Assembly (NCBI RefSeq): GCF_013315695.1
Contig: NZ_CP054355.1
Length of the DNA: 64,000 nucleotides
Strand: one strand, 5' to 3'
DNA from: Escherichia coli
GTDB lineage: Bacteria > Pseudomonadota > Gammaproteobacteria > Enterobacterales > Enterobacteriaceae
Within the stretch, counting starts at the first letter, position 1. Each line of letters opens with the position of its first letter. The translations under genes were made by a program, and so were the position numbers. Shown in pieces: positions 31,390 through 39,606 of the stretch. A model generated the notes under the pieces. It saw nothing but the letters and a program-made list of their open reading frames with translations. It made no database searches and was not told the DNA's origin.

Positions 31390-32662
31390 ACAGCACCTCC
31401 ACAGGATACAGCCGGGCAATCCGCCGGGCCGGGAACCAGGTGCCGATCAACGCAATCAGTACCGCAATCACCAGTACGCACGGCACCACAATCCAGGCAA
31501 AATTAAGCGGCGCGTCGAAGAGCATGACGCCAATCGCTTTCGCCAGCCCCCACCCGGCAATACATCCCAGCGCACCGCCAGCCAGCCCGCTGGACGCCGC
31601 TTCCAGGTAGAACAGCAGCATAATTTGCCACTGTCGCGCACCCAGCGCTTTCATCAAACCGATCTCTTTGGCGCGTTCCATAATGGTGCTGGTCATCAGC
31701 GAGGCGATCCCCATTGCGGAAGCCACCAGCGCCGCGACGGTAACGACCGCCATCAGCAACTGAATTTTATCGATCACCACCCCTTCGGACGCCGCGACCT
31801 GCCATACCGGGCGCACTTCCGCACCGGAAATCGCCTCTTCCAGCTGATGCGCGATCGACGACACATAGGCCGTGCAATACCAGAGGTCGTACTCTTCGGC
31901 ATTGAGCGCGTCCAGGTTTTCCCGCGCGCGGCGGGACAGTTCGTTTTCCGGCACCGTCAGCGCCGAGACGCGAATCGCCTGCACTTTTCCGGGGAGCCCC
32001 AGCAGGTGCTGTACCGTGCTTAGCGGCATCACCAGTTGGTTATCTTCATCGCCGCCGCTGGAGAGGATACCGCTGACGGTGACCTGCACTGCTTCGCCTT
32101 CGGTACGTAATGTCAGCTTATCACCGGGTTTCCAGCCCATTTGCCGCGCCAGCGCGTGCCCGACTAAGGTCTGCGGCTCTGCGCCTGCGGGTTCCTGCGG
32201 CCAGTCGCCGGTCACCTGCCAGTATGGGCTGACCGTTTTCTGCCCCGTCTCATATCCCTCTTCATCAGGAATATCCACTGGCTGACTGAAGAAAGTGCCC
32301 AGAATCCGCACTGGTTCTCCCTCCACGCTGGCTTCGCCGCCGAGCATCGGCGCAAACCCGACAATGTTGTTTCGCCAGAAGATATCTTTGATGTTCGGCA
32401 GCTCGGCTTCATCAAGAAAATCCTGACCGGAAAGCGGATTACTGCTCTCACTAAACAGCGCGGGCAGCGCAGCCTGTCCGGCGGGTTCAATCAAAATGTT
32501 CGCACCATAAGACTTCAGCTCTCTGGACATTTTGTCGCCGATATCAATGGACACCGCCAGCAGCGCCGAGATCAGGCTGGAGGCCAGAAAAACGGTGATT
32601 ATCGCCAGCACTTTGCGGCGTAAATTGCGCCCCCAGGATTGTCGTAACATCCGCCACAGCAT
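31379..32662 (-). CDS. ABC transporter permease (FtsX-like)
   Basis: 427 aa, same architecture as neighbour. Confidence 0.75.
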   Translation of the reverse strand: MLWRMLRQSWGRNLRRKVLAIITVFLASSLISALLAVSIDIGDKMSRELKSYGANILIEPAGQAALPALFSESSNPLSGQDFLDEAELPNIKDIFWRNNIVGFAPMLGGEASVEGEPVRILGTFFSQPVDIPDEEGYETGQKTVSPYWQVTGDWPQEPAGAEPQTLVGHALARQMGWKPGDKLTLRTEGEAVQVTVSGILSSGGDEDNQLVMPLSTVQHLLGLPGKVQAIRVSALTVPENELSRRARENLDALNAEEYDLWYCTAYVSSIAHQLEEAISGAEVRPVWQVAASEGVVIDKIQLLMAVVTVAALVASAMGIASLMTSTIMERAKEIGLMKALGARQWQIMLLFYLEAASSGLAGGALGCIAGWGLAKAIGVMLFDAPLNFAWIVVPCVLVIAVLIALIGTWFPARRIARLYPVEVLYGR

Positions 32663-32664
32663 GA

Positions 32665-34044
32665 TTATTCCTCCCTCATGTCGGCAGGAACAAACTGCTC
32701 CGGCGTTTCACGGAAGCGTTCATAGTTAGCCTCTGACGAGAAGAACCAGGTCTTGCCGCCATAGCTGTATTTGTAATCGGCTGAGGTATTGGTCAACGTT
32801 GAACCATCGACCGGATCGGTCACTTTAATAGTCATGACCGTCGAGAAGTAGTTCACCCCTGTCGCCAGTTCTTTACCGGGGATCACCAGCTCTTTTTCAT
32901 CATTGTGCCAGTTTTCAATCGGCACCGGGTTACAGCCACCGGCCTTGCCGATAGACGGAATAAAAATATGCACTCCGCAGGCGACGCAGATAACCTGATT
33001 GCCCTCCATGACATAACCCTGATCGCCGCACAGCAGGCAGGCGTCGAACACCACGCCAAAACGCAGCTTGTCGGGATAGCGGTTAATCACGAAGAAGCGC
33101 ACCGCTTTGCCATCGTCCGCCACCCAGACGAAACGATGCAGTTTACCGTCACGAAGCTGTTCAACCGGCAGGCGCACCATGCCATCGCTCCCCAGCGTTA
33201 CGGGCACGGCTTCAGAGAGTTGCGGCGGCTGCGAGGCCACTTTATCCCACCACAGTTGGCCTGCGATAACGACCACCGCGCAGCCGATTGTGACCAACCA
33301 CAGCCGCAAAGCGTTGCGACGCTGCGCCAGCGCCAGACGGTGAGCAATCGGTTCTTCGGTTTCCCGCGTCTGTCGAAAAGCCCGCAACAGCGCCGGAAGC
33401 CAGCACAGCGCCAGGGCCAGCAGCAGCGCGGCTCCCGCCCAGTTATACAGCGCCGTGTTATTTGTGACTTTCGCCACGAAGCTCAGCAGTGATTTTCCCA
33501 GCGGAACAACCTGTAATTTCATCAGCAACAACAGCAGGTTGCCGCTCAGCGGCAGCCAGATCATCACCAGCAGAATCAGCGTTAACGGCCAGTACAGGCC
33601 GCGAATACGCCGCAGCAGCATCGCGCAGAGTACGCCCGCCAGACAGAGGATCGCAAAAGCGAGAACGACGGCCGTCAGGTTTAACAGCAGGTCAGTATTC
33701 AGCACATGCGTACTGGTCAGCCCGCCCAGATTAGGGTCCAGCGCCCAATGGCGGGCAGCGCCGAAAATCAGAATCCCCTGCCACAGATAGCGGATACGCG
33801 TTGAAGCCCACCAGAAACTGAGGACAAACAGCAGCGATACCATGACCTCCGCCCCAACCAGCAGCAGTTGTACCGGTTGGCTGCCGTGAATAAACAGTCC
33901 CGCCAGCACGCCGGCAATCAGCCCGGTCAGCAGCGTCCAGGTCAGCGGACGTAAAGAGGGAGGATCGTTTCGACTCCAGAGAACACCGGAAAGAAGCGCA
34001 ATGCAGAAAAAGACCTGTAGCGTCGTGACGAAAAAGTAACTCAT
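32665..34044 (-). CDS. Polytopic membrane protein with Cys-rich C-terminal periplasmic domain (Fet/cFtr cluster component)
   Basis: 459 aa; multiple TM helices then CLLCGD...CVACG motif. Confidence 0.6.
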   Translation of the reverse strand: MSYFFVTTLQVFFCIALLSGVLWSRNDPPSLRPLTWTLLTGLIAGVLAGLFIHGSQPVQLLLVGAEVMVSLLFVLSFWWASTRIRYLWQGILIFGAARHWALDPNLGGLTSTHVLNTDLLLNLTAVVLAFAILCLAGVLCAMLLRRIRGLYWPLTLILLVMIWLPLSGNLLLLLMKLQVVPLGKSLLSFVAKVTNNTALYNWAGAALLLALALCWLPALLRAFRQTRETEEPIAHRLALAQRRNALRLWLVTIGCAVVVIAGQLWWDKVASQPPQLSEAVPVTLGSDGMVRLPVEQLRDGKLHRFVWVADDGKAVRFFVINRYPDKLRFGVVFDACLLCGDQGYVMEGNQVICVACGVHIFIPSIGKAGGCNPVPIENWHNDEKELVIPGKELATGVNYFSTVMTIKVTDPVDGSTLTNTSADYKYSYGGKTWFFSSEANYERFRETPEQFVPADMREE

Positions 34045-34147
34045 AACTTCGACTCTGTACGGCGGGTTGAATTAAGCGACGGGCATATGATCGGTCTGAC
34101 CAACGCGCCAGAAGGGGGAATCCTCCTGGCGCGTTGGTTAGTCGGTT

Positions 34148-34678
34148 TTAGTTCAGACCGACATATTTAAACTCGTAGCTCACATCAAACGGTTTCCACC
34201 AGCGGCCTACGCCTGTTTCGCTGTCAGTATGGCGATGCATCCCGGCTTTTGACGGCGGTTCAATGTGGTAGGTCACTTTATAGTTGCCCACGCCCATCAT
34301 TTTGATGTTCGCGCCATAGTGCGGGCCATCGCTGGCAACCATCGGCATGAAGGTGCCTTCCTGTTTTTCGCCCGTGTCGTTGTTGACCAGGGTGTAGCTG
34401 ATGGTCAGGTACGGGATCCATTCCCCTGCGCCAAAGCCGTTTTTATTGCCTTCTACAGCGTGGATATCCGCTTCAAGGTGAACATCGGCTTTTGCTGCCG
34501 GTAAGCCCATGCCGCGCGGTTCCATATCAATCGGTTGCAGGTAAACGGCCGCCAGCTCCATTTCATTCATGGTGACAGGCTCGCCTGCCGGGTACTCTTT
34601 AAAAGCAAACGCGGCTGGCGCAATGAAAATGCTGGCCATCACTGCGCTGGCAATCAGGGTTTTCTTCATGGTCATCAA
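34148..34678 (-). CDS. fetP: P19/FetP-family periplasmic iron-binding protein
   Basis: 176 aa with signal peptide; immediately downstream of FTR1-family permease as in FetMP / cFtr1-P19 systems. Confidence 0.7.
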   Translation of the reverse strand: MMTMKKTLIASAVMASIFIAPAAFAFKEYPAGEPVTMNEMELAAVYLQPIDMEPRGMGLPAAKADVHLEADIHAVEGNKNGFGAGEWIPYLTISYTLVNNDTGEKQEGTFMPMVASDGPHYGANIKMMGVGNYKVTYHIEPPSKAGMHRHTDSETGVGRWWKPFDVSYEFKYVGLN

Positions 34679-34715
34679 ACGTATCCTCTCGTCTAAAACA
34701 ACGGCTATACAACGA

Positions 34716-36662
34716 TTATGGGTTATTTTTTATCGTCTCCCCGGGAACCGCGCTTTTGCGCCGCATCACCCACAGCGCCACCAGCGCCGCGAGCAGCAAT
34801 ACGACCTGCGGTAACAACGTTTCCACGTAGGGATAAATCCCCAGCCAGCTGATTTCAGGGAAGCCGTTAATCAACGTAGGCTGGAACAGTTTGCCTTCCA
34901 CCAGTTCCAGAACGCCTTTGCCCGCAAAGACGAAGGCCATCAGATACATGAAACTGCCGGTAAACATAAAGAAGGGTTTCAGCGGCAGGCGCACCACTGA
35001 GTAACGCATCACCAGCCAGGCGAGCAGCAGCACCACGCAGCCAATCACAAAACCGGCGCCAATCGCCATATGGCCGGATACCGTGTTTGCATCGCCAATC
35101 AGAGCGTAATAGAACAGCACCGTTTCCGCCCCTTCGCGGTACACCGCCAGGAAGCTGGTCAGCCATAGTCCGACCAGGGAGCCTCGCGACAGGGAATGAG
35201 ACAGTTTGCCTTCCAGCCAGGCTTTCCAGTGGCGCGCTTCCACTTTGGACAGCAGCCAGTAACTCATAAAGAACAGCATCACGACGGCAATCAGCATCGT
35301 TATGCCTTCCAGCAGTTCACGGCTGGCGCCGGAGTTAGTAAACAGCATCTGGAAGATAGCGGCGGTGATGACGCTGGCGATCAGCGCCACAATTACCGAC
35401 TGACGAATAAGCGGCAGCTTATCCTGATGGTTGTTTTTCACCATGTAGGCCACGATTGCCGCAACAATCAGCAGCGCTTCCAGCCCCTCGCGCACGATGA
35501 TCATCAGACTATAGAGCAGCAGACTCCACTGGGTTTCTTCGCCTTCGCCCAGCATCGTCACGGCTTTTTGCAGATCCTGCGCCAGCGCGCTGGCCTCTGC
35601 ATTCAGGCGCTCAACCGGCTGACCGGCCTTCATCAGACTGACCAGGCGGGTAAAATACGCCTCCAGCGTGGTTTTAAATGCCGAATCGCGAGAGCCGATT
35701 TTGTTTTCCATGCCGCTGGCTTCGAAGCGGTCGAAGTAGGTATCCTGGATATCCAGAATCGCATTCTTCGCATCGCCGCCCTGATAGCGCGCTATCGCGT
35801 CCTGAATGCTCTGGTTAATTCCCGTCGTCACCTCAGCCCAGTCGGTGCGGTTATTTCCCTCGTCCGCCGCCGGAATGTTGTCTGCGCTTTGCGCTGCGGC
35901 AACCTGCTGATCGTCACGGGTGGTTGGCAAGCCGGGTAAGATATCCTCGATATCCTGTAGCAGCGTAGTGACCTGATAGGAGACATCGTTGAGATGGTCA
36001 GGTTGCGCGGTCAGCGCAATCAGGGATGAGAATTGTTGGTTAATGGAGGCGGCATCTTTTGCAGAACGGTTTTGTCTGAGGGACATCTCCATCTCAGAGT
36101 TTTTAAAGCCCTGATAGTGCGCCTGTTGAACGTGCTGACTGGCAACGCTGTAATTCCCGGCCTGATATTCAGTGACCGCCTGCGCCAGCAGATCGTCGAT
36201 CGTCCTGAAACTCTCCTGCCAGTGAACGGCAATGTCGTCCCTGGACAGCGCGTTGTGCTGCTCTTCGGCCACCAGACGATGTCCGCCATCCAGCACCGGT
36301 TCCACTTCGCGCAGTGCGGCTTTCAGCCAGTCAATGCGCGCCTGGACGTCAGCGAGCGGTTTTTTCTCGCCAATCATTCGACGGATCTCGCCGAATGCGC
36401 TCTCCATCTCGTAACTTTTGCGCGCGGAAATGTTGATGCGGATCGGCCCTTCCAGGTTCTCGAACACCTCAAAATAGGCCATTTGTACCGTGCGGCGCGC
36501 CTCGTCGGCATGCTGTTGCTGATAAAGTTCCGCTGTTTTATCAAGACGTTGCTCGATATCTTCAATCAAAGGCGCATAATTCGTCGACGCCCAGACACTC
36601 ATGCTTATAAACAAGCCAAAGAGAGTAACCAACAAAGAGTTACGGAAGTTACGCACGTGCAC
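34716..36662 (-). CDS. fetM: FTR1-family iron permease with large N-terminal periplasmic domain (FetM-like)
   Basis: 648 aa; REGLE motif (IVREGLEALLIVAAIVAY) typical of FTR1 permeases. Confidence 0.8.
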   Translation of the reverse strand: MHVRNFRNSLLVTLFGLFISMSVWASTNYAPLIEDIEQRLDKTAELYQQQHADEARRTVQMAYFEVFENLEGPIRINISARKSYEMESAFGEIRRMIGEKKPLADVQARIDWLKAALREVEPVLDGGHRLVAEEQHNALSRDDIAVHWQESFRTIDDLLAQAVTEYQAGNYSVASQHVQQAHYQGFKNSEMEMSLRQNRSAKDAASINQQFSSLIALTAQPDHLNDVSYQVTTLLQDIEDILPGLPTTRDDQQVAAAQSADNIPAADEGNNRTDWAEVTTGINQSIQDAIARYQGGDAKNAILDIQDTYFDRFEASGMENKIGSRDSAFKTTLEAYFTRLVSLMKAGQPVERLNAEASALAQDLQKAVTMLGEGEETQWSLLLYSLMIIVREGLEALLIVAAIVAYMVKNNHQDKLPLIRQSVIVALIASVITAAIFQMLFTNSGASRELLEGITMLIAVVMLFFMSYWLLSKVEARHWKAWLEGKLSHSLSRGSLVGLWLTSFLAVYREGAETVLFYYALIGDANTVSGHMAIGAGFVIGCVVLLLAWLVMRYSVVRLPLKPFFMFTGSFMYLMAFVFAGKGVLELVEGKLFQPTLINGFPEISWLGIYPYVETLLPQVVLLLAALVALWVMRRKSAVPGETIKNNP

Positions 36663-36674
36663 ACCGCCAAAGAA

Positions 36675-36693
36675 TGCAAATGATAATTATTAT
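36675..36693. promoter_or_regulatory. Fur box-like site in fetM promoter region
   Basis: gcaaatgataattattatc matches Fur consensus at 16 of 19 positions; 13 bp upstream of fetM start. Confidence 0.5.
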
Positions 36694-36948
36694 CATATCT
36701 TTTTGTCGCGTTGTACATGACCTGGATCATAAAAATGTCAGCAGACGACAAGTTATGTAAATTTATTTCATCAAATCGTGATGAACACACACATTATGCG
36801 TTGATAAAAGGGACGTTATCTCCCTGTTTTTCTCATGGAATTAACGGCAAGGCAGGCGCGGTAACAGAGGAATAAATCCCCCTGCCGACAGTGATATTAT
36901 TCATTATCGGCAGGCAGAAATAAAACGCGTTATTGCGTACAGCAATAT

Positions 36949-37710
36949 TCAAAGATTAAGGTTATTTCGATCGCTGGCAAGACGCTGTAAGAATTGACCA
37001 TATCCCTGCGGCCCCATCCAGTAGTTAATACTTTTCTCAACGCCGGTTGATGTCAACGTCGCACCGGAAATACCGTCAACGGTATATTCATCGGCATGTT
37101 CAGGTTTATCCTGTACTATTTTCAATGCAGGATGTCCGCTGTTATCTAATAATCGTTTCCCTGGCCACTGTTTGCGCCAGTTGGCGTCTTCCACCCTAGC
37201 CCCCAGAAACGGCGTTTCCCGTTGCTGATAATAATACAGATTTCTCACCGTACGACCGTCCAGCCCCAGAGCAAGAAACGCATGCATCATGGATTTCGCG
37301 CCCTTACCGGTAACTGGAATGATAACCTGCTGAATTTCATTATTTTTATCTTTCACAAAGAACACATCCGCCACCGTACAGCGCTGACGAACCTGCGCTG
37401 GGTCGCGTTCAGGGGCAAGTTTTTCACACTTCTGCCGCGCGGTGTCCGCGCTGCTGCCAGCCACCAGTTCGCCGGAATCTAAATTAACATGGCGTTGAAT
37501 AATATAACGATGATAGAGCGTTTCGACTGATTTTTTATCCTGGGTCTCTGATTTCATCAGGCCCGCAGCGTGTAAAATTGCCGCCTGTTTTTCCTCCTCT
37601 GTCGGCTCCGTCATTTCTCCCTGGAACAGCATAAACCATGCCGCCGCCGCAACAAAAATAAGGACACAAAGCACCATCATTGATGCAACAATAATTTTAC
37701 CCTTGCGCAT
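36949..37710 (-). CDS. FMN-binding domain protein (NqrC/RnfG-like, flavinylation motif DGISGATLTS)
   Basis: ORF 36949..37764, likely start MRKGKIIV with TM anchor; S/TGAT motif near C-terminus. Confidence 0.6.
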   Translation of the reverse strand: MRKGKIIVASMMVLCVLIFVAAAAWFMLFQGEMTEPTEEEKQAAILHAAGLMKSETQDKKSVETLYHRYIIQRHVNLDSGELVAGSSADTARQKCEKLAPERDPAQVRQRCTVADVFFVKDKNNEIQQVIIPVTGKGAKSMMHAFLALGLDGRTVRNLYYYQQRETPFLGARVEDANWRKQWPGKRLLDNSGHPALKIVQDKPEHADEYTVDGISGATLTSTGVEKSINYWMGPQGYGQFLQRLASDRNNLNL

Positions 37711-37946
37711 TGAATTGTTATCCCTGTCAAAATGGAAATCGAAAAAATCGCCTGAACGTATCACAGACTTTCATTCAATTAAAACAGATATGCCATTATC
37801 AATTCAGGTTTGCAACGTCAGGCAGCGGTAAAAAATAATAACTGGCGTCGGTAAAAAAGCAGCAAAAATAACAGAAAACACGCTCTCCGCTCGTTTTACA
37901 CATCCTTACAATGGGTTAAAAAATGCCGGGTTTCCCCGGCACGCTA

Positions 37947-38453
37947 TCAAAACATGGCTGCCCGCCACAGACGTAACTTCATGCCCCAGTAGCTGGTCCA
38001 GCCGCTGGTCGTAGTTACCACCTGCCCCTTCGACACCACCACCAGCGTTGGCGTGACGCTGATTTCCCAGTTTCGTGATATCTCACCGCCGCTATCATTC
38101 ACGACGGGGAACGTCACCCTTTTACGCGATAACCAGCGGGAAACCTCCCCGTCATTACCGGAACGCAGCGCGATGGTCATGACGCTCTCCCCTTCCGACT
38201 GCAAACGGGCGACATCCGGCGTGGTGAAACGGCAGATACCGCACCAGCTCGCCCAGAAGTAGAGCAGCACCGGGCGTTCTTCACTGATCGACGCCAGCGT
38301 TACGGTTTCCCCGTCCAGCGTATGCAGCGGCGTGCTGTCAAACATGGCCGGCATCTGCGGAGAACGCCAGACATCCAGCAGGATTATCACGCCAGCCAGC
38401 AGAACCAGTAAGATCGCGCCTTCACGCAGCCAGCGGCGCAGTTTACTGAGCAT
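37947..38453 (-). CDS. Membrane-anchored TlpA/ScsD-like thioredoxin
   Basis: 168 aa; N-terminal TM; WASWCGICR active site. Confidence 0.65.
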   Translation of the reverse strand: MLSKLRRWLREGAILLVLLAGVIILLDVWRSPQMPAMFDSTPLHTLDGETVTLASISEERPVLLYFWASWCGICRFTTPDVARLQSEGESVMTIALRSGNDGEVSRWLSRKRVTFPVVNDSGGEISRNWEISVTPTLVVVSKGQVVTTTSGWTSYWGMKLRLWRAAMF

Positions 38454-38613
38454 GGGCCACCGCCAGTTTTTCTTTCACCACCGCCTCAAGGGTCTCCCAC
38501 GATACCGCGCCGGGGATCATCTCGTCGCCAATGATGGTTGCCGGCGTCCCCTGAACGCCAACCAGCCGGGCGAGTTGCAGATTGGTGCTCAACGTCTCCA
38601 TGCTTTTCTCATC
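38443..38613 (-). pseudogene. DsbA/ScsC-like oxidoreductase, C-terminal fragment; 5' end replaced by a Tn3-family-like repeat
   Basis: ORF 38443..38670; native part ...GVQGTPATIIGDEMIPGAVSWETLEAVVKEKL; upstream codons derive from the 38-bp repeat. Confidence 0.5.
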
Positions 38614-38651
38614 GGGGTCAGTTTGGATATAGAGAATTATTGTACTATAAG
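38614..38651. repeat. Tn3-family-like 38-bp terminal repeat (GGGG...TAAG)
   Basis: ggggtcagtttggatatagagaattattgtactataag; copy of the repeat at 24293..24329. Confidence 0.45.
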
Positions 38652-39207
38652 GACTTCCCCGGCATGTCAACGCCGGTGTTTACGGTTTCTGTCTGCACTA
38701 TAGTAAAAAAATAAAGGGGAGAGACTGCGGTACTATAAACGATCATGATGAATCGTCATCGATTCGGACCCTGATGAAAGACGCTCGTGAGGCTCTAGTT
38801 CGTTAGTCGGGTACACTTGCCCTGTACAATAAGCAGATATACCTCACGGGGTCTAACCCTTTATCATCAACGAGTTGCAGATCAGATGGTCATACAGCTT
38901 TGTACTTTAGCTGGCTGAGTACAACCTGAAATCATCACCGTAATGCAATGATGCCCAGCACAGTCTTGCATTTTTGGCAGCGATGGCAACAACAGCGCGC
39001 CAGTATCCTCTGCGTTCGACCAGTGAGCAGACCCAACGACTGAATAAATCAGTCCTTTTCTCCGCCCCGATCAGTACCGAGCGGGCACCCTGAACCAGAA
39101 GTGTTCTCAGATACGAATCGCCAGCTTTCGTTATCCTGCCAAGCTTCGACTTTCCGCCGCTGCTGTACTGCGATGGTGTCAGTCCCAGCCAGGCTGCCAG
39201 CTGGGGC
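38652..39207 (-). mobile_element. IS110/IS1111-family element fragment (3' part, IS5075/IS4321-like), truncated by IS26
   Basis: C-terminal transposase segment ...ANFATVPQLAAWLGLTPSQYSSGGKSKLGRITKAGDSYLRTLLVQGARSV...; adjacent to a Tn3-family IR, the usual target of this IS group. Confidence 0.45.
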
Positions 39208-39571
39208 ACTGTTGCAAAGTTAGCGATGAGGCAGCCTTTTGTCTTATTCAAAGGCCTTACATTTCAAAAACTCTGCTTACCAGGCGCATTTCGCCCAGGG
39301 GATCACCATAATAAAATGCTGAGGCCTGGCCTTTGCGTAGTGCACGCATCACCTCAATACCTTTGATGGTGGCGTAAGCCGTCTTCATGGATTTAAATCC
39401 CAGCGTGGCGCCGATTATCCGTTTCAGTTTGCCATGATCGCATTCAATCACGTTGTTCCGGTACTTAATCTGTCGGTGTTCAACGTCAGACGGGCACCGG
39501 CCTTCGCGTTTGAGCAGAGCAAGCGCGCGACCATAGGCGGGCGCTTTATCCGTGTTGATGAATCGCGGGAT
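39208..39571 (-). mobile_element. IS26 fragment (right end with 3' part of transposase)
   Basis: IR ggcactgttgcaaa at 39208; reading frame gives ...QIPRFINTDKAPAYGRALALLKREGRCPSDVEHRQIKYRNNVIECDHGKLKR...RLVSRVFEM, identical in pattern to IS26 Tnp C-terminus. Confidence 0.8.
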
Positions 39572-39606
39572 CTGGGCTCCGTTTGGGAAACGGAAAATAT
39601 TGTACG

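Noticed and set aside
30418-31506. 362-aa plus-strand ORF
   Set aside because: Antisense to two ABC permease genes whose products have clear transporter architecture; Arg/His/Gln-rich translation with no recognisable features.
35196-36683. Plus-strand ORFs 35196..35939 and 36033..36683
   Set aside because: Antisense to the FetM-like permease gene, which carries the diagnostic REGLE motif.
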